From contig CADAVS010000001.1 of NCBI GenBank assembly GCA_902791425.1, positions 1 through 58,201 of the forward strand: a stretch of DNA of 58,201 nt, written 5' to 3'. The DNA is from an uncultured Ruminococcus sp. (GTDB lineage Bacteria; Bacillota; Clostridia; Monoglobales; Monoglobaceae). Positions 19,655-28,075 of the stretch are shown here, in pieces. The notes under the pieces are model-generated. The model did not search any database. It saw only the letters and a program-made list of their open reading frames with translations, and was not told the origin of the DNA. A program made the translations under genes and the position numbers. Each line of letters opens with the position of its first letter. Positions within the stretch are counted from its first letter, which is position 1.

Positions 19655-21004
19655 ATGAAAAAGCTTACTTCTATAAAAACAAGAATAACAATTTGGTATA
19701 CCACATTAATGTTTATTTTGGTTTCGGTGGTGTTGGCGATAGTTGGCTCTCTGTCCTATCAGCTTTCAATAGACGGTATAGAAAATGACATTAAGGCTCA
19801 GGTTTCACAGGTGTCCGAAAGGGTAAGGAACAGAGCGTCAAAAAATATATTTTATAGTGTTGAGAGCAGTAAAGAGTTTAAAAATGTTTCAGTATATTTA
19901 GAGGACGGCTCCTATGTGGTGGGACAGTATCTTTATGACTTATCATCAATTCCGTTTAAAGAAAAACTGCGCAGAGAGACTGTTGACGGTGAAACATATA
20001 TAGTATATGACGAGTTTAAGCCATCAAAGCCGGGCGACAACAGAGGGTATTGGATAAGAGGTGCAGAGTCGGTAAATTATACTAAGGTTTTGGGACGTTC
20101 TATGTTTATGATTATACTTATTATTATACCGATTATACTGCTTATCACAGCGTTTGGCGGATATTATATCACAAGAAAAGCCTTTTTGCCTGTTAATGAT
20201 ATTACGCATACCGCAAACGAGATATGCACTCAAAATGATATTAAAAAGAGAATACCAATTAATCCCTACGGCAGAGAGGATGAGCTGTATAAATTATCCT
20301 TAACCCTAAATAAAATGCTTGATAAAATAGAGGACTTAATTGTAAAAGAAAAGCAATTTACTTCGGATGCCTCTCACGAACTGAGAACACCTATCAGCGT
20401 AATTTTAGCACAGGGTGAATATCTTTTGGATATTGCCGACAATGAAAAGGAAAAGGAGCTGGCTAAAAGTATTGTTGATAAATCAAATCAGGTATCAAAG
20501 CTTGTTTCAAGGCTTCTGCTCCTTGCACGCATAGACAGCAACAGACAAAAAATTAATAAGGAAAAGGTTGACCTCAGCGTTCTTGTGGATATTGCCGCAG
20601 ACGGAATGAGAGAATTGGCAAAGAGTAAGAATATAGTTATCCTCACAGATGTCAGTGAAAACACAATTGTAAATGCAGACGAGGCGTTGCTTTTAAGTGC
20701 GATTTCCAACCTTATCAGCAATGCAATAAAATACGGCAGAGAGTCAGGTCACGTTATAATCAAGGCATCAAAATATGCGGATAGTACGGAGATTGTCGTT
20801 TCAGATAACGGCATAGGTATTTCAAGCGAGAATTTGGAAAAGATATGGGGACGTTTTTACCGCGTGGATGACGTCAGAAATGACGAATACGGCAGCAGTG
20901 GTTTAGGTTTGTCTATGGTAAAGAGTATAGTGGAGCTTCATAACGGCAAAATTTTTGTTAAGAGTCAGCCCGGAAAAGGAACGGAATTCAGAATAGTATT
21001 GTAA
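19655..21004 (+). CDS. sensor histidine kinase (2 TM, HAMP, HisKA, HATPase)
   Basis: The start is set at ATG 19655, directly after the response-regulator stop. The H-box is SDASHELRTP. The N and G boxes are NAIKYG and GLGLSMVK. Confidence 0.9.
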   Translation: MKKLTSIKTRITIWYTTLMFILVSVVLAIVGSLSYQLSIDGIENDIKAQVSQVSERVRNRASKNIFYSVESSKEFKNVSVYLEDGSYVVGQYLYDLSSIPFKEKLRRETVDGETYIVYDEFKPSKPGDNRGYWIRGAESVNYTKVLGRSMFMIILIIIPIILLITAFGGYYITRKAFLPVNDITHTANEICTQNDIKKRIPINPYGREDELYKLSLTLNKMLDKIEDLIVKEKQFTSDASHELRTPISVILAQGEYLLDIADNEKEKELAKSIVDKSNQVSKLVSRLLLLARIDSNRQKINKEKVDLSVLVDIAADGMRELAKSKNIVILTDVSENTIVNADEALLLSAISNLISNAIKYGRESGHVIIKASKYADSTEIVVSDNGIGISSENLEKIWGRFYRVDDVRNDEYGSSGLGLSMVKSIVELHNGKIFVKSQPGKGTEFRIVL

Positions 21005-21074
21005 ATTAACTGTTGCAGAATTATGCACGGGTGCCTAAATATCATATAAATTATGTTAATTTTTTGCAAAAGTA

Positions 21075-21103
21075 TTGACAAGCAGTATAGAAAACAGTAA
21101 AAT
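21075..21103 (+). promoter_or_regulatory. sigmaA-type promoter for rubredoxin-thioredoxin
   Basis: TTGACA, 17 nt, TAAAAT, about 38 nt upstream of the rubredoxin ATG. Confidence 0.65.
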
Positions 21104-21141
21104 TAAGATAATAAATTATATATTTTAAGGAGGAATTTTTT

Positions 21142-21297
21142 ATGAAATATGTATGTGATGTATGCGGATGGGAATATGACGAGGAAGTCGGATGCCCTGA
21201 TTGTGGCATAGAACCCGGCACAAAGTTTGAGGATTTGCCTGAAGATTTTGTTTGCCCTCTTTGCGGAGTAGGCAAAGACCAATTTTCTGAGGCATAA
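21142..21297 (+). CDS. rubredoxin (51 aa, below the length cut-off of the supplied ORF track)
   Basis: The translation is [51 protein letters not shown]. It has two CxxCG knuckles and an AAGGAGG RBS. Confidence 0.9.
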   Translation: MKYVCDVCGWEYDEEVGCPDCGIEPGTKFEDLPEDFVCPLCGVGKDQFSEA

Positions 21298-21323
21298 AGC
21301 ATAACAACATAAGGGAGATTAAT

Positions 21324-21635
21324 ATGGCAGAGGTTGTTGTTACAAAGAGTAATTTTGAAACAGAGGTAGTAAAATCGGACATTCCCGTAGTTGTTGACTT
21401 TTGGGCAACCTGGTGCGGTCCTTGCAGAATGTTGGGGCCTGTTCTTGCTGATATTGCGGAGCAGTACGAAGGCAAGGTTAAGGTTGCTAAAGTAAACGTA
21501 GACGAGGAACCTGAGCTTGCTATGAGGTTTAATGTTTCAAGTATTCCTATGCTCCTGTATTTCAAAAATGGTGAAATATTAAACAAATCAATAGGATATG
21601 CACCAAAGGAAGAAATAGAGGCTATGTTTGTTTAG
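21324..21635 (+). CDS. trxA: thioredoxin
   Basis: 103 aa with the WCGPC active site. Confidence 0.93.
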   Translation: MAEVVVTKSNFETEVVKSDIPVVVDFWATWCGPCRMLGPVLADIAEQYEGKVKVAKVNVDEEPELAMRFNVSSIPMLLYFKNGEILNKSIGYAPKEEIEAMFV

Positions 21636-21642
21636 AAAGAGT

Positions 21643-21676
21643 CACACCGCATAATAAATTGCGGTGTGCTTTTATA
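21643..21676 (+). terminator. intrinsic terminator after trxA
   Basis: CACACCGC / GCGGTGTG stem followed by CTTTTAT. Confidence 0.8.
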
Positions 21677-21757
21677 TTGTATATTATAGTTGCCGATTTT
21701 TCTCAAACGGGACGATGTGGGCATCGTCCCCTACAATATGCAAGGCAGCCAATTATA

Positions 21758-21846
21758 AATTTAAAATAATTTTTTCCTTGCAGTTGGGCTTGGCAACTGT
21801 ATGGGCGAAGGGCAATAATTCAATAAAATTATTTTGGATTTATAAT
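21758..21846 (+). repeat. copy A of the roughly 85-nt hairpin element
   Basis: The arms are 21760-21773 and 21825-21838, forming 14 bp including 2 U-G pairs. The core at 21779-21806 is identical to copies B and C. The 3' end forms TTCAAT-16-TATAAT. Confidence 0.85.
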
Positions 21847-21897
21847 TGACACCACACACAAGGAGCTGAAACATTCTTACAAAGGAGAAGATGAAAG

Positions 21898-22884
21898 ATG
21901 TATGTTGCAAATTCAGACAGATACGATAAAATGAAGTTTGCGTTTAGCGGTAAAAGCGGTTTGCAGATACCGAGAGTTAGCTTAGGTCTATGGCATAACT
22001 TTGGTTCTGTTGATGTTTATGACAATATGCGTGATATGTGTTTTACGGCATTTGATAATGGCATTACGCACTTTGATATTGCCAACAACTATGGTCCCAT
22101 ACCGGGAAGTGCGGAAACAAATTTTGGTCAAATAATAAAAAATGACCTGTCTGCATATCGTGACCAACTGATTATCAGTACAAAGGCGGGTTATGATATG
22201 TGGGAAGGTCCTTACGGCAACGGCGGCAGCAGAAAATATCTTATTTCGAGTCTTGATGCCAGCCTTAAGAGATTGGGACTTGACTATGTTGATATATTCT
22301 ATCACCACAGAATGACACCCGAAACACCCCTTGAAGAATCAATGCTTGCCCTTTCTCAAATTGTGAAAAGCGGAAAGGCTTTATACATTGGAATATCAAA
22401 TTATGATGGTGAGAATATGAAAAAGGCATCGGATATCCTCAAGGAGCTGAAAGTGCCGTTTATTATTAATCAAAACAGATATAATATTTTTGACAGGCAG
22501 ATAGAGAGCAATGGACTATTAAAGGCTGCCGAGAGCGAGGGCAAGGGCGTAATATGTTTCAGCCCTCTTGACCAAGGCAAGTTGACGGACAGATATTTAG
22601 ACGGAATTCCGGCAGGCAGCAGAGCCTCTAAAAATCATTTTTTAAAGGAAAGTCAAATCACTCCTGAACTGATAGCGAAAATAAAGGGTTTAAATGATAT
22701 TGCCGCAAACAGAGGACAAAGCCTTGCACAAATGGCTCTGTCGTGGGTGCTAAAGGATAAGACTGTGACAAGTATATTAATTGGCGCATCTTCGTCAGAG
22801 CAAATTCTTGATGACTTAAAGTGTATAGACAACACCGAGTTTTCGGCTGAAGAATTAAAAATGATTGACGATATTGTTTTATAG
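21898..22884 (+). CDS. aldo/keto reductase (YghZ/Gpr-like)
   Basis: 328 aa with AKR motifs (THFDIANNYG, LYIGISNY). RBS AAGGAGAAG is present. Confidence 0.88.
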   Translation: MYVANSDRYDKMKFAFSGKSGLQIPRVSLGLWHNFGSVDVYDNMRDMCFTAFDNGITHFDIANNYGPIPGSAETNFGQIIKNDLSAYRDQLIISTKAGYDMWEGPYGNGGSRKYLISSLDASLKRLGLDYVDIFYHHRMTPETPLEESMLALSQIVKSGKALYIGISNYDGENMKKASDILKELKVPFIINQNRYNIFDRQIESNGLLKAAESEGKGVICFSPLDQGKLTDRYLDGIPAGSRASKNHFLKESQITPELIAKIKGLNDIAANRGQSLAQMALSWVLKDKTVTSILIGASSSEQILDDLKCIDNTEFSAEELKMIDDIVL

Positions 22885-22900
22885 TATTTGATATGCTTAA

Positions 22901-22945
22901 AAAGGCTGTGACATTAAGGATATTATCTTTAATGTCACAGCCTTT
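22901..22945. terminator. bidirectional terminator
   Basis: 17-bp stem AAAGGCTGTGACATTAA / TTAATGTCACAGCCTTT between convergent genes. Confidence 0.85.
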
Positions 22946-24627
22946 TATTGTTCAACTATTTCAAAATGTCCGTCGTCCATATGAAGATGCGTGTCGCATA
23001 TTGAAAGAGCGGCGTTTTTGTGTGATATAAAAAATATTGTCTTTGTGTTAAGCTTTTTGATGTTCGCAAGCAAATCCTCTTCGGTCTGGGCGTCAAGTGC
23101 GGAGGTACATTCATCAAGCATAAGAATAGGTGCGTTACAGCATAAGGCTCTTGCAATTGCAATTCTCTGTATCTGACCCTCCGACAAACCCAAGCCGTGT
23201 TCGCCGATTTTTGTGTCAAAGCCGTTTGGCAGAGAAGAGATAAAATCGTATATACAAGCCGTTTTTGCGGCAGAAATCATTGCTTCTTCTGATAAATTTT
23301 CGTTGCCAAAGGTTATGTTTTCCCTCAGACTTCCCGATATTAGCAGGTTGCCCTGTGGAACATATGCAAACATAGAACGCGTTGCGGCGGTTAAATCAAT
23401 TGGTGATGTATTTGTTTTTACAAAAAGTTTTCCCGATGTGGGAGAGTACAGACCAAGCATCAGCTTAAATAATGTTGATTTTCCTGTTCCCGAAAGTCCT
23501 GTTATTGCAACGCAATCTCCTTTTTTAATAGAAAATGTTGTGTTGGATATAATTGACTTTTTGTTGTATCCGAAGTTCAAGCCTTCCGCACATATATGTG
23601 TCATATTTTCATAGGCTGAATTTGGGTCAAAGTCGAAAGCGGATATTTCATCAGGAATATCCTCAAGCTCGGCTAAACGCTCAGCCGATGCCATAGCACC
23701 GTATAATTGTGTTATCAGAGATGACGCATTAAAGAATGGTGATGATATCTGAGATACTATCTGCATAAACGCCATCAATGTACCATAATCCATTGCTTTG
23801 TTTGCAATCATAAAGGCTCCCCAACAGAGTGTTGCATAATATACAAATCTGTATATAAGGGTTGCACCTCCGCCTGCAATATTGCCGATGTGGTTACGCA
23901 GAATTTGCAGGTCGTATATTTTTTGAAGATAGCTGTCAAGCTTTTTAAGGAGCGGTCCGCTGTTTGAAAACGTTTTTACAACCACCATATTCTCAGTACA
24001 TTCCTGAGTAAAGCCTCGCATTACTCCCGTTGCCTCTCGTGTTTTTCTGTGAATTTTTTTGTAAAAAGGTTTAAGGCAAAATGCACATAAAACTATAAAC
24101 AATCCCACAAACAGAATAAAAACGGCATAGCTTTTACTGAAAGATAAGATTAGTATAAACCCTGCAACAGCTTTTGCCACAATAGAAATTGCCTCGGGTA
24201 CAAATGAGGTTATGCCTGATATTACTATATCAATATCACTTGTAAATCTGTTTAAAATTTCACCCGAATGCATATCGGAAAGCTTTGGATATTCTTTTTT
24301 TGTTATTGTTTCAAAAAAGCTGTGGCGCATATCCTTTTCCAATCTGCCCTCTATTACCACACGCAGGTGGGAGTTCAAAATCATAACACCAACTGTTACA
24401 ACAACAAAGGCGAGCAAGGCAAGAGCGTACTTTATTATATCGCCCTTTGCATCGGCTAACGAGGCGGAATTTACTGCCGAATTTATTATCGACTTGGAAA
24501 GAAGTGCGGGCACAACATAGCTTACAGATACCAGCATACTTAAAAACGTCAATAATAATATAAGCCCCATTTGTTTTTTCGATTTATTCAAAAGCCACAT
24601 AACAGAATTTTTTTGTTTTTTCTTCAT
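22945..24627 (-). CDS. ABC exporter, fused permease and ATPase (half transporter)
   Basis: 560 aa. An N-terminal 6-TM domain is followed by Walker A GLSGTGKST, the signature LSEGQ and Walker B ILMLDE. Confidence 0.88.
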   Translation of the reverse strand: MKKKQKNSVMWLLNKSKKQMGLILLLTFLSMLVSVSYVVPALLSKSIINSAVNSASLADAKGDIIKYALALLAFVVVTVGVMILNSHLRVVIEGRLEKDMRHSFFETITKKEYPKLSDMHSGEILNRFTSDIDIVISGITSFVPEAISIVAKAVAGFILILSFSKSYAVFILFVGLFIVLCAFCLKPFYKKIHRKTREATGVMRGFTQECTENMVVVKTFSNSGPLLKKLDSYLQKIYDLQILRNHIGNIAGGGATLIYRFVYYATLCWGAFMIANKAMDYGTLMAFMQIVSQISSPFFNASSLITQLYGAMASAERLAELEDIPDEISAFDFDPNSAYENMTHICAEGLNFGYNKKSIISNTTFSIKKGDCVAITGLSGTGKSTLFKLMLGLYSPTSGKLFVKTNTSPIDLTAATRSMFAYVPQGNLLISGSLRENITFGNENLSEEAMISAAKTACIYDFISSLPNGFDTKIGEHGLGLSEGQIQRIAIARALCCNAPILMLDECTSALDAQTEEDLLANIKKLNTKTIFFISHKNAALSICDTHLHMDDGHFEIVEQ

Positions 24628-24768
24628 CAGCCCGCCTCCTTATTTGGCATTATACCATTTTGCATACACACCGTCAAGCAGTGTGAGAAAAAATGATATA
24701 AAAGTGGTTCTAATTCGGGACAAAGTGTCATAACAATATTCTATAAGAAAGCGAAAGGAAGATTAATT

Positions 24769-25698
24769 ATGAATAAACAAAGGATATCAGAGGTTTTGCA
24801 CTATCTTCCCCAGAGCATAGGCGACTTGCTGAATAGGCTTATGTCTGATGAATGGATAGAAATTGAAGAAATACGATTGAGATGTAATGCACCGCTGACG
24901 GTAGGGGTGTGGGGAGAGAGCTGTTTTATAACTAACACAGGAGGAATAACAAATTATGAGAGTGATGCTTATAAGGTTACGTCGGAGGAAGTCGGTACGG
25001 CATTCCGAAAAATCTGTGAAAACTCAGTTTACGCACATATGGAAGAAATTAGAAGAGGTTATATTACGATTAAGGGAGGCCACAGAGTCGGTATTTGCGG
25101 AAAAGCCGTCTGCGAGGAAGGAAGAATAAAAATGTTTAAAGAGGTAAGCTCTTTAAATTTCAGGATTGCACATCAAATTATCGGACTTGCTGACGGAATA
25201 ATCGACACAATAATAAATGGAAATGAGGTAAACAGTACATTGATTATCTCCCCTCCGCAGATGGGCAAAACAACTCTTTTGAGAGATATTCTCCGTCAGG
25301 TTTCCGATAAGGGATTTAAGTGCGGAGCGGCAGACGACAGAGGTGAGCTTGCGGCTATGTATCAGGGAATGCCCACAAATATGGTAGGTGCCCAAACTGA
25401 TGTAATTGACGGAGCGCCAAAGTCTGAGGCAGTAGAAATGTTGCTGAGAACAATGTCGCCAAAGGTGATTTTCAGCGACGAGATAGCCTCTGATGCTGAT
25501 GTTGCCGCTCTCAGAGTGGCGGCAGGAACAGGGGTTAAAATTATTGCAACGACTCACGGTGATTGTGTGGAGGAAGTTATGTCAAGAAAGTTTTTAAAGC
25601 CCGTCTTTGAAGATAAAATATTTTCTCAGGCGATTTTGCTCCGCAGAGATTTTTCCACCCCCGAGTCGGTTACATACACAAAGGCGGTTAAGCTGTGA
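24769..25698 (+). CDS. spoIIIAA: stage III sporulation protein AA (ATPase)
   Basis: 309 aa. Walker A is PPQMGKTT. It is the first gene of the eight-gene spoIIIA cluster. Confidence 0.9.
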   Translation: MNKQRISEVLHYLPQSIGDLLNRLMSDEWIEIEEIRLRCNAPLTVGVWGESCFITNTGGITNYESDAYKVTSEEVGTAFRKICENSVYAHMEEIRRGYITIKGGHRVGICGKAVCEEGRIKMFKEVSSLNFRIAHQIIGLADGIIDTIINGNEVNSTLIISPPQMGKTTLLRDILRQVSDKGFKCGAADDRGELAAMYQGMPTNMVGAQTDVIDGAPKSEAVEMLLRTMSPKVIFSDEIASDADVAALRVAAGTGVKIIATTHGDCVEEVMSRKFLKPVFEDKIFSQAILLRRDFSTPESVTYTKAVKL

Positions 25699-26219
25699 GC
25701 TATTCTGTAAAGCTCCTTGCCGCCGTAATGGTCATATTCGGCGGCGGATATGCAGGCGTTCTATTGTCCTCTGCCTTTTCAACACGGGTCAGACAGCTTA
25801 AGCAGTTGAGCAACGGAATTTCCCAAATCGGGTTTAACATTAGTTTTTTGCATATGAATGTTGCGGACTCTATGAGATGTGCATCAGGACTTGTCAAGGG
25901 AACAGTAAATAAAATTTTTTTGTGTGTGGCAGAGGACATATCTTCAAATGGAATGAAACCATCTGTCGCCTTTGACAGAGCAATGCGTAGATACAGCGGC
26001 GACTTATGCCTGACCTCTGCTGACAGAGAGATTATCAAGGAGTTTGCCGACAACCTCGGTATAGGTGATGCTGAAAGCGAAATGAACAACATCAAGGCGG
26101 CGGCAGCAAAGCTGCACCTTGCCGAAACAGAGGCAGAGTCCGAGTGCGACCAAAAGGGCAGGCTGTGGAGGGGCATTGGAATATTGGGCGGAGTGTTTGC
26201 GGTCATACTTTTGTTTTAG
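25695..26219 (+). CDS. spoIIIAB: stage III sporulation protein AB
   Basis: 174 aa with N- and C-terminal TM segments. Its position and size match spoIIIAB. Confidence 0.85.
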   Translation: MSYSVKLLAAVMVIFGGGYAGVLLSSAFSTRVRQLKQLSNGISQIGFNISFLHMNVADSMRCASGLVKGTVNKIFLCVAEDISSNGMKPSVAFDRAMRRYSGDLCLTSADREIIKEFADNLGIGDAESEMNNIKAAAAKLHLAETEAESECDQKGRLWRGIGILGGVFAVILLF

Positions 26220-26236
26220 GCGGAATGGGGATTAAT

Positions 26237-26434
26237 ATGGATGGAGTAGATTTGATTTTTAAGGTTGCCGCTATCGGCATTTTGGTTGCTGTTCTGAATG
26301 TTTTGCTGATACGTGCGGGACGTGAGGAACAGGCGTTGATGACAACCATTGCGGGTCTGGTTACGGTTTTGCTTGTAATCGTCAAGGAGATAAGCGGTTT
26401 GTTTGATACCATAAAATCGTTATTTGGACTTTAA
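26237..26434 (+). CDS. spoIIIAC: stage III sporulation protein AC
   Basis: 65 aa with 2 TM segments (MDGVDLIFKVAAIGILVAVL...). ATG 26225 is an alternative start. Confidence 0.85.
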   Translation: MDGVDLIFKVAAIGILVAVLNVLLIRAGREEQALMTTIAGLVTVLLVIVKEISGLFDTIKSLFGL

Positions 26435-26436
26435 AT

Positions 26437-26826
26437 ATGTTGATATTTAAAATAATCGGAATAGGACTGACGGGAGCAATACTTTCATTGGTTGTAAGGC
26501 AATACAAGCCTGAGCTTGCTGTTGCAATACCTATTCTTGTGGCTGTAAGCATCATAGGTATTTGTGCTCCGTATATAGAAACAGTTGTGGCTATGATTGA
26601 AAATATGGCTGACAGTACAGGCATAGAGATGAGCCAGGTGAGAATAGTGATAAAAATTATCGGTGTGGCTTATATATGTCAATTTGCGTCAGATATATGC
26701 AAGGATATAGGCGAAAGCTCTGTTTCAAGCAAAATCGAGCTTGGGGGTAAGGTGGTTATCATTACTCTTTCTATGCCGATAATATATAATCTTTTAGAGC
26801 TTGTAAACAGAATAGTAAACATTTAG
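26437..26826 (+). CDS. spoIIIAD: stage III sporulation protein AD
   Basis: 129 aa multi-TM protein in the conserved position. Confidence 0.85.
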   Translation: MLIFKIIGIGLTGAILSLVVRQYKPELAVAIPILVAVSIIGICAPYIETVVAMIENMADSTGIEMSQVRIVIKIIGVAYICQFASDICKDIGESSVSSKIELGGKVVIITLSMPIIYNLLELVNRIVNI

Positions 26827-26846
26827 AAAAATACGGAGTTATACAT

Positions 26847-28043
26847 ATGAAACAAAAGCTGATTGTGCATATCATAATATTGCTTTTTACCCTGATGTAC
26901 AGTGCGGAAGTTGCGGCAGAGAAAACCTCGTTGGATAGAGATGATTTTTACTCGGTTCTTGATGACTACGCCGCATTTTACGGAGAGATTTTTGAAGACG
27001 GAATTGATGAAATAGAGGGAGGCAATTCCTTTTTGAATATGCTGCCTGAGTTCAAGGCTTCTGATATATTAAAGAGCTTTAATAATGGTGAAGTAGCGTT
27101 TACGCCAAAACAATTGTTAGACTACTTTTTAAGGCTTTTGCTCGGCGAGGTATACTCGGCGGCAAAGCTGATGGCATTAATACTTGCAATGGCGGTGCTG
27201 AGTTCATATTTAAGCGGTTTGAAATCGGGCTTTGGTGAAAATTCTGTATCTATCGCAGCCTTTTATGTCTGTTATATAGTAACCGCAGGAATAGCGGCAA
27301 CTGTGTTTTATGATACGTCAAGCTGTGCTGCAGACGCCGTAGAGAATGTGGCACTGTTTATGAAGATAATTGTGCCCTCGGTAATGGTACTGTTGATGAC
27401 AAGCGGAGCTACCATATCGGCAACTGTTTTAGAGCCGACAATGCTTGCAATAGTAGAAATTGTTGTGCCTGTTGTGCAATATATTTTTATTCCCGCGGTT
27501 ATGATTTCTACCGCATTAAATATAGTAAACGGTATGTCGGATAAGTTCAAAACAGACAGAATGGTTAAGCTGTTGAACAGCGTTGTCAAATGGGGATTGT
27601 CTGTTATGCTGACAATTTTTGTGAGCCTTGCAGGGCTTAAAAGCATAGCCTCGGCAGGTGCTGACGGACTTACCATCAAGCTGAGCAAGTTTGCAACCTC
27701 TAATCTTGTGCCTATGATAGGCGGTATTTTAGCGGAGTCGGTTGAAACAGTAATGAATTGCAGTGTTGTAATCAAAAATTCCGTAGGAATATTGGGTATA
27801 ATATGCTTGGTGTTGATTGCCCTAAGACCTGTTTTAAAGCTCGGTGCAATATTAATCTTGTTCCGCTTGACTGCCGCCGTTGCAGAGCCTGTGTCAGAGC
27901 CCAAGCTGATAAATTGTATATCAAGACTTGCGGACTCCGTTGCGGTGCTGTTTTCTATAGTGGTGGCTGTCACGGTAATGTTTATAATCGTTATAACAAT
28001 ACTTATAAATGCGGGAAACAGTGCCGTTATGTTCGGCGGATAG
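26847..28043 (+). CDS. spoIIIAE: stage III sporulation protein AE
   Basis: 398 aa with a signal peptide and a polytopic membrane domain. Confidence 0.88.
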   Translation: MKQKLIVHIIILLFTLMYSAEVAAEKTSLDRDDFYSVLDDYAAFYGEIFEDGIDEIEGGNSFLNMLPEFKASDILKSFNNGEVAFTPKQLLDYFLRLLLGEVYSAAKLMALILAMAVLSSYLSGLKSGFGENSVSIAAFYVCYIVTAGIAATVFYDTSSCAADAVENVALFMKIIVPSVMVLLMTSGATISATVLEPTMLAIVEIVVPVVQYIFIPAVMISTALNIVNGMSDKFKTDRMVKLLNSVVKWGLSVMLTIFVSLAGLKSIASAGADGLTIKLSKFATSNLVPMIGGILAESVETVMNCSVVIKNSVGILGIICLVLIALRPVLKLGAILILFRLTAAVAEPVSEPKLINCISRLADSVAVLFSIVVAVTVMFIIVITILINAGNSAVMFGG

Positions 28044-28075
28044 GTGGATTGGCATATGACGAAATGGAGATTAAT

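Noticed and set aside
21709-21730. GC-rich hairpin GGGACGATG-TGGG-CATCGTCCC upstream of element copy A.
   Set aside because: It has no T-tract, no counterpart next to copies B or C, and no recognisable motif. I noted it but could not interpret it.
21664-21849. 61-aa ORF over hairpin-element copy A, and the analogous 60-aa ORF 41585-41767 over copy B.
   Set aside because: The shared nucleotide sequence is read in different frames in the two ORFs (…LQLGLATVWAKG… versus …NAVGLGNCMGFG…), so conservation is at the nucleotide level and not the protein level.
25700-26206. 168-aa minus-strand ORF opposite spoIIIAB.
   Set aside because: It is antisense to a gene embedded in the conserved spoIIIA operon order, and I saw no independent support for it.
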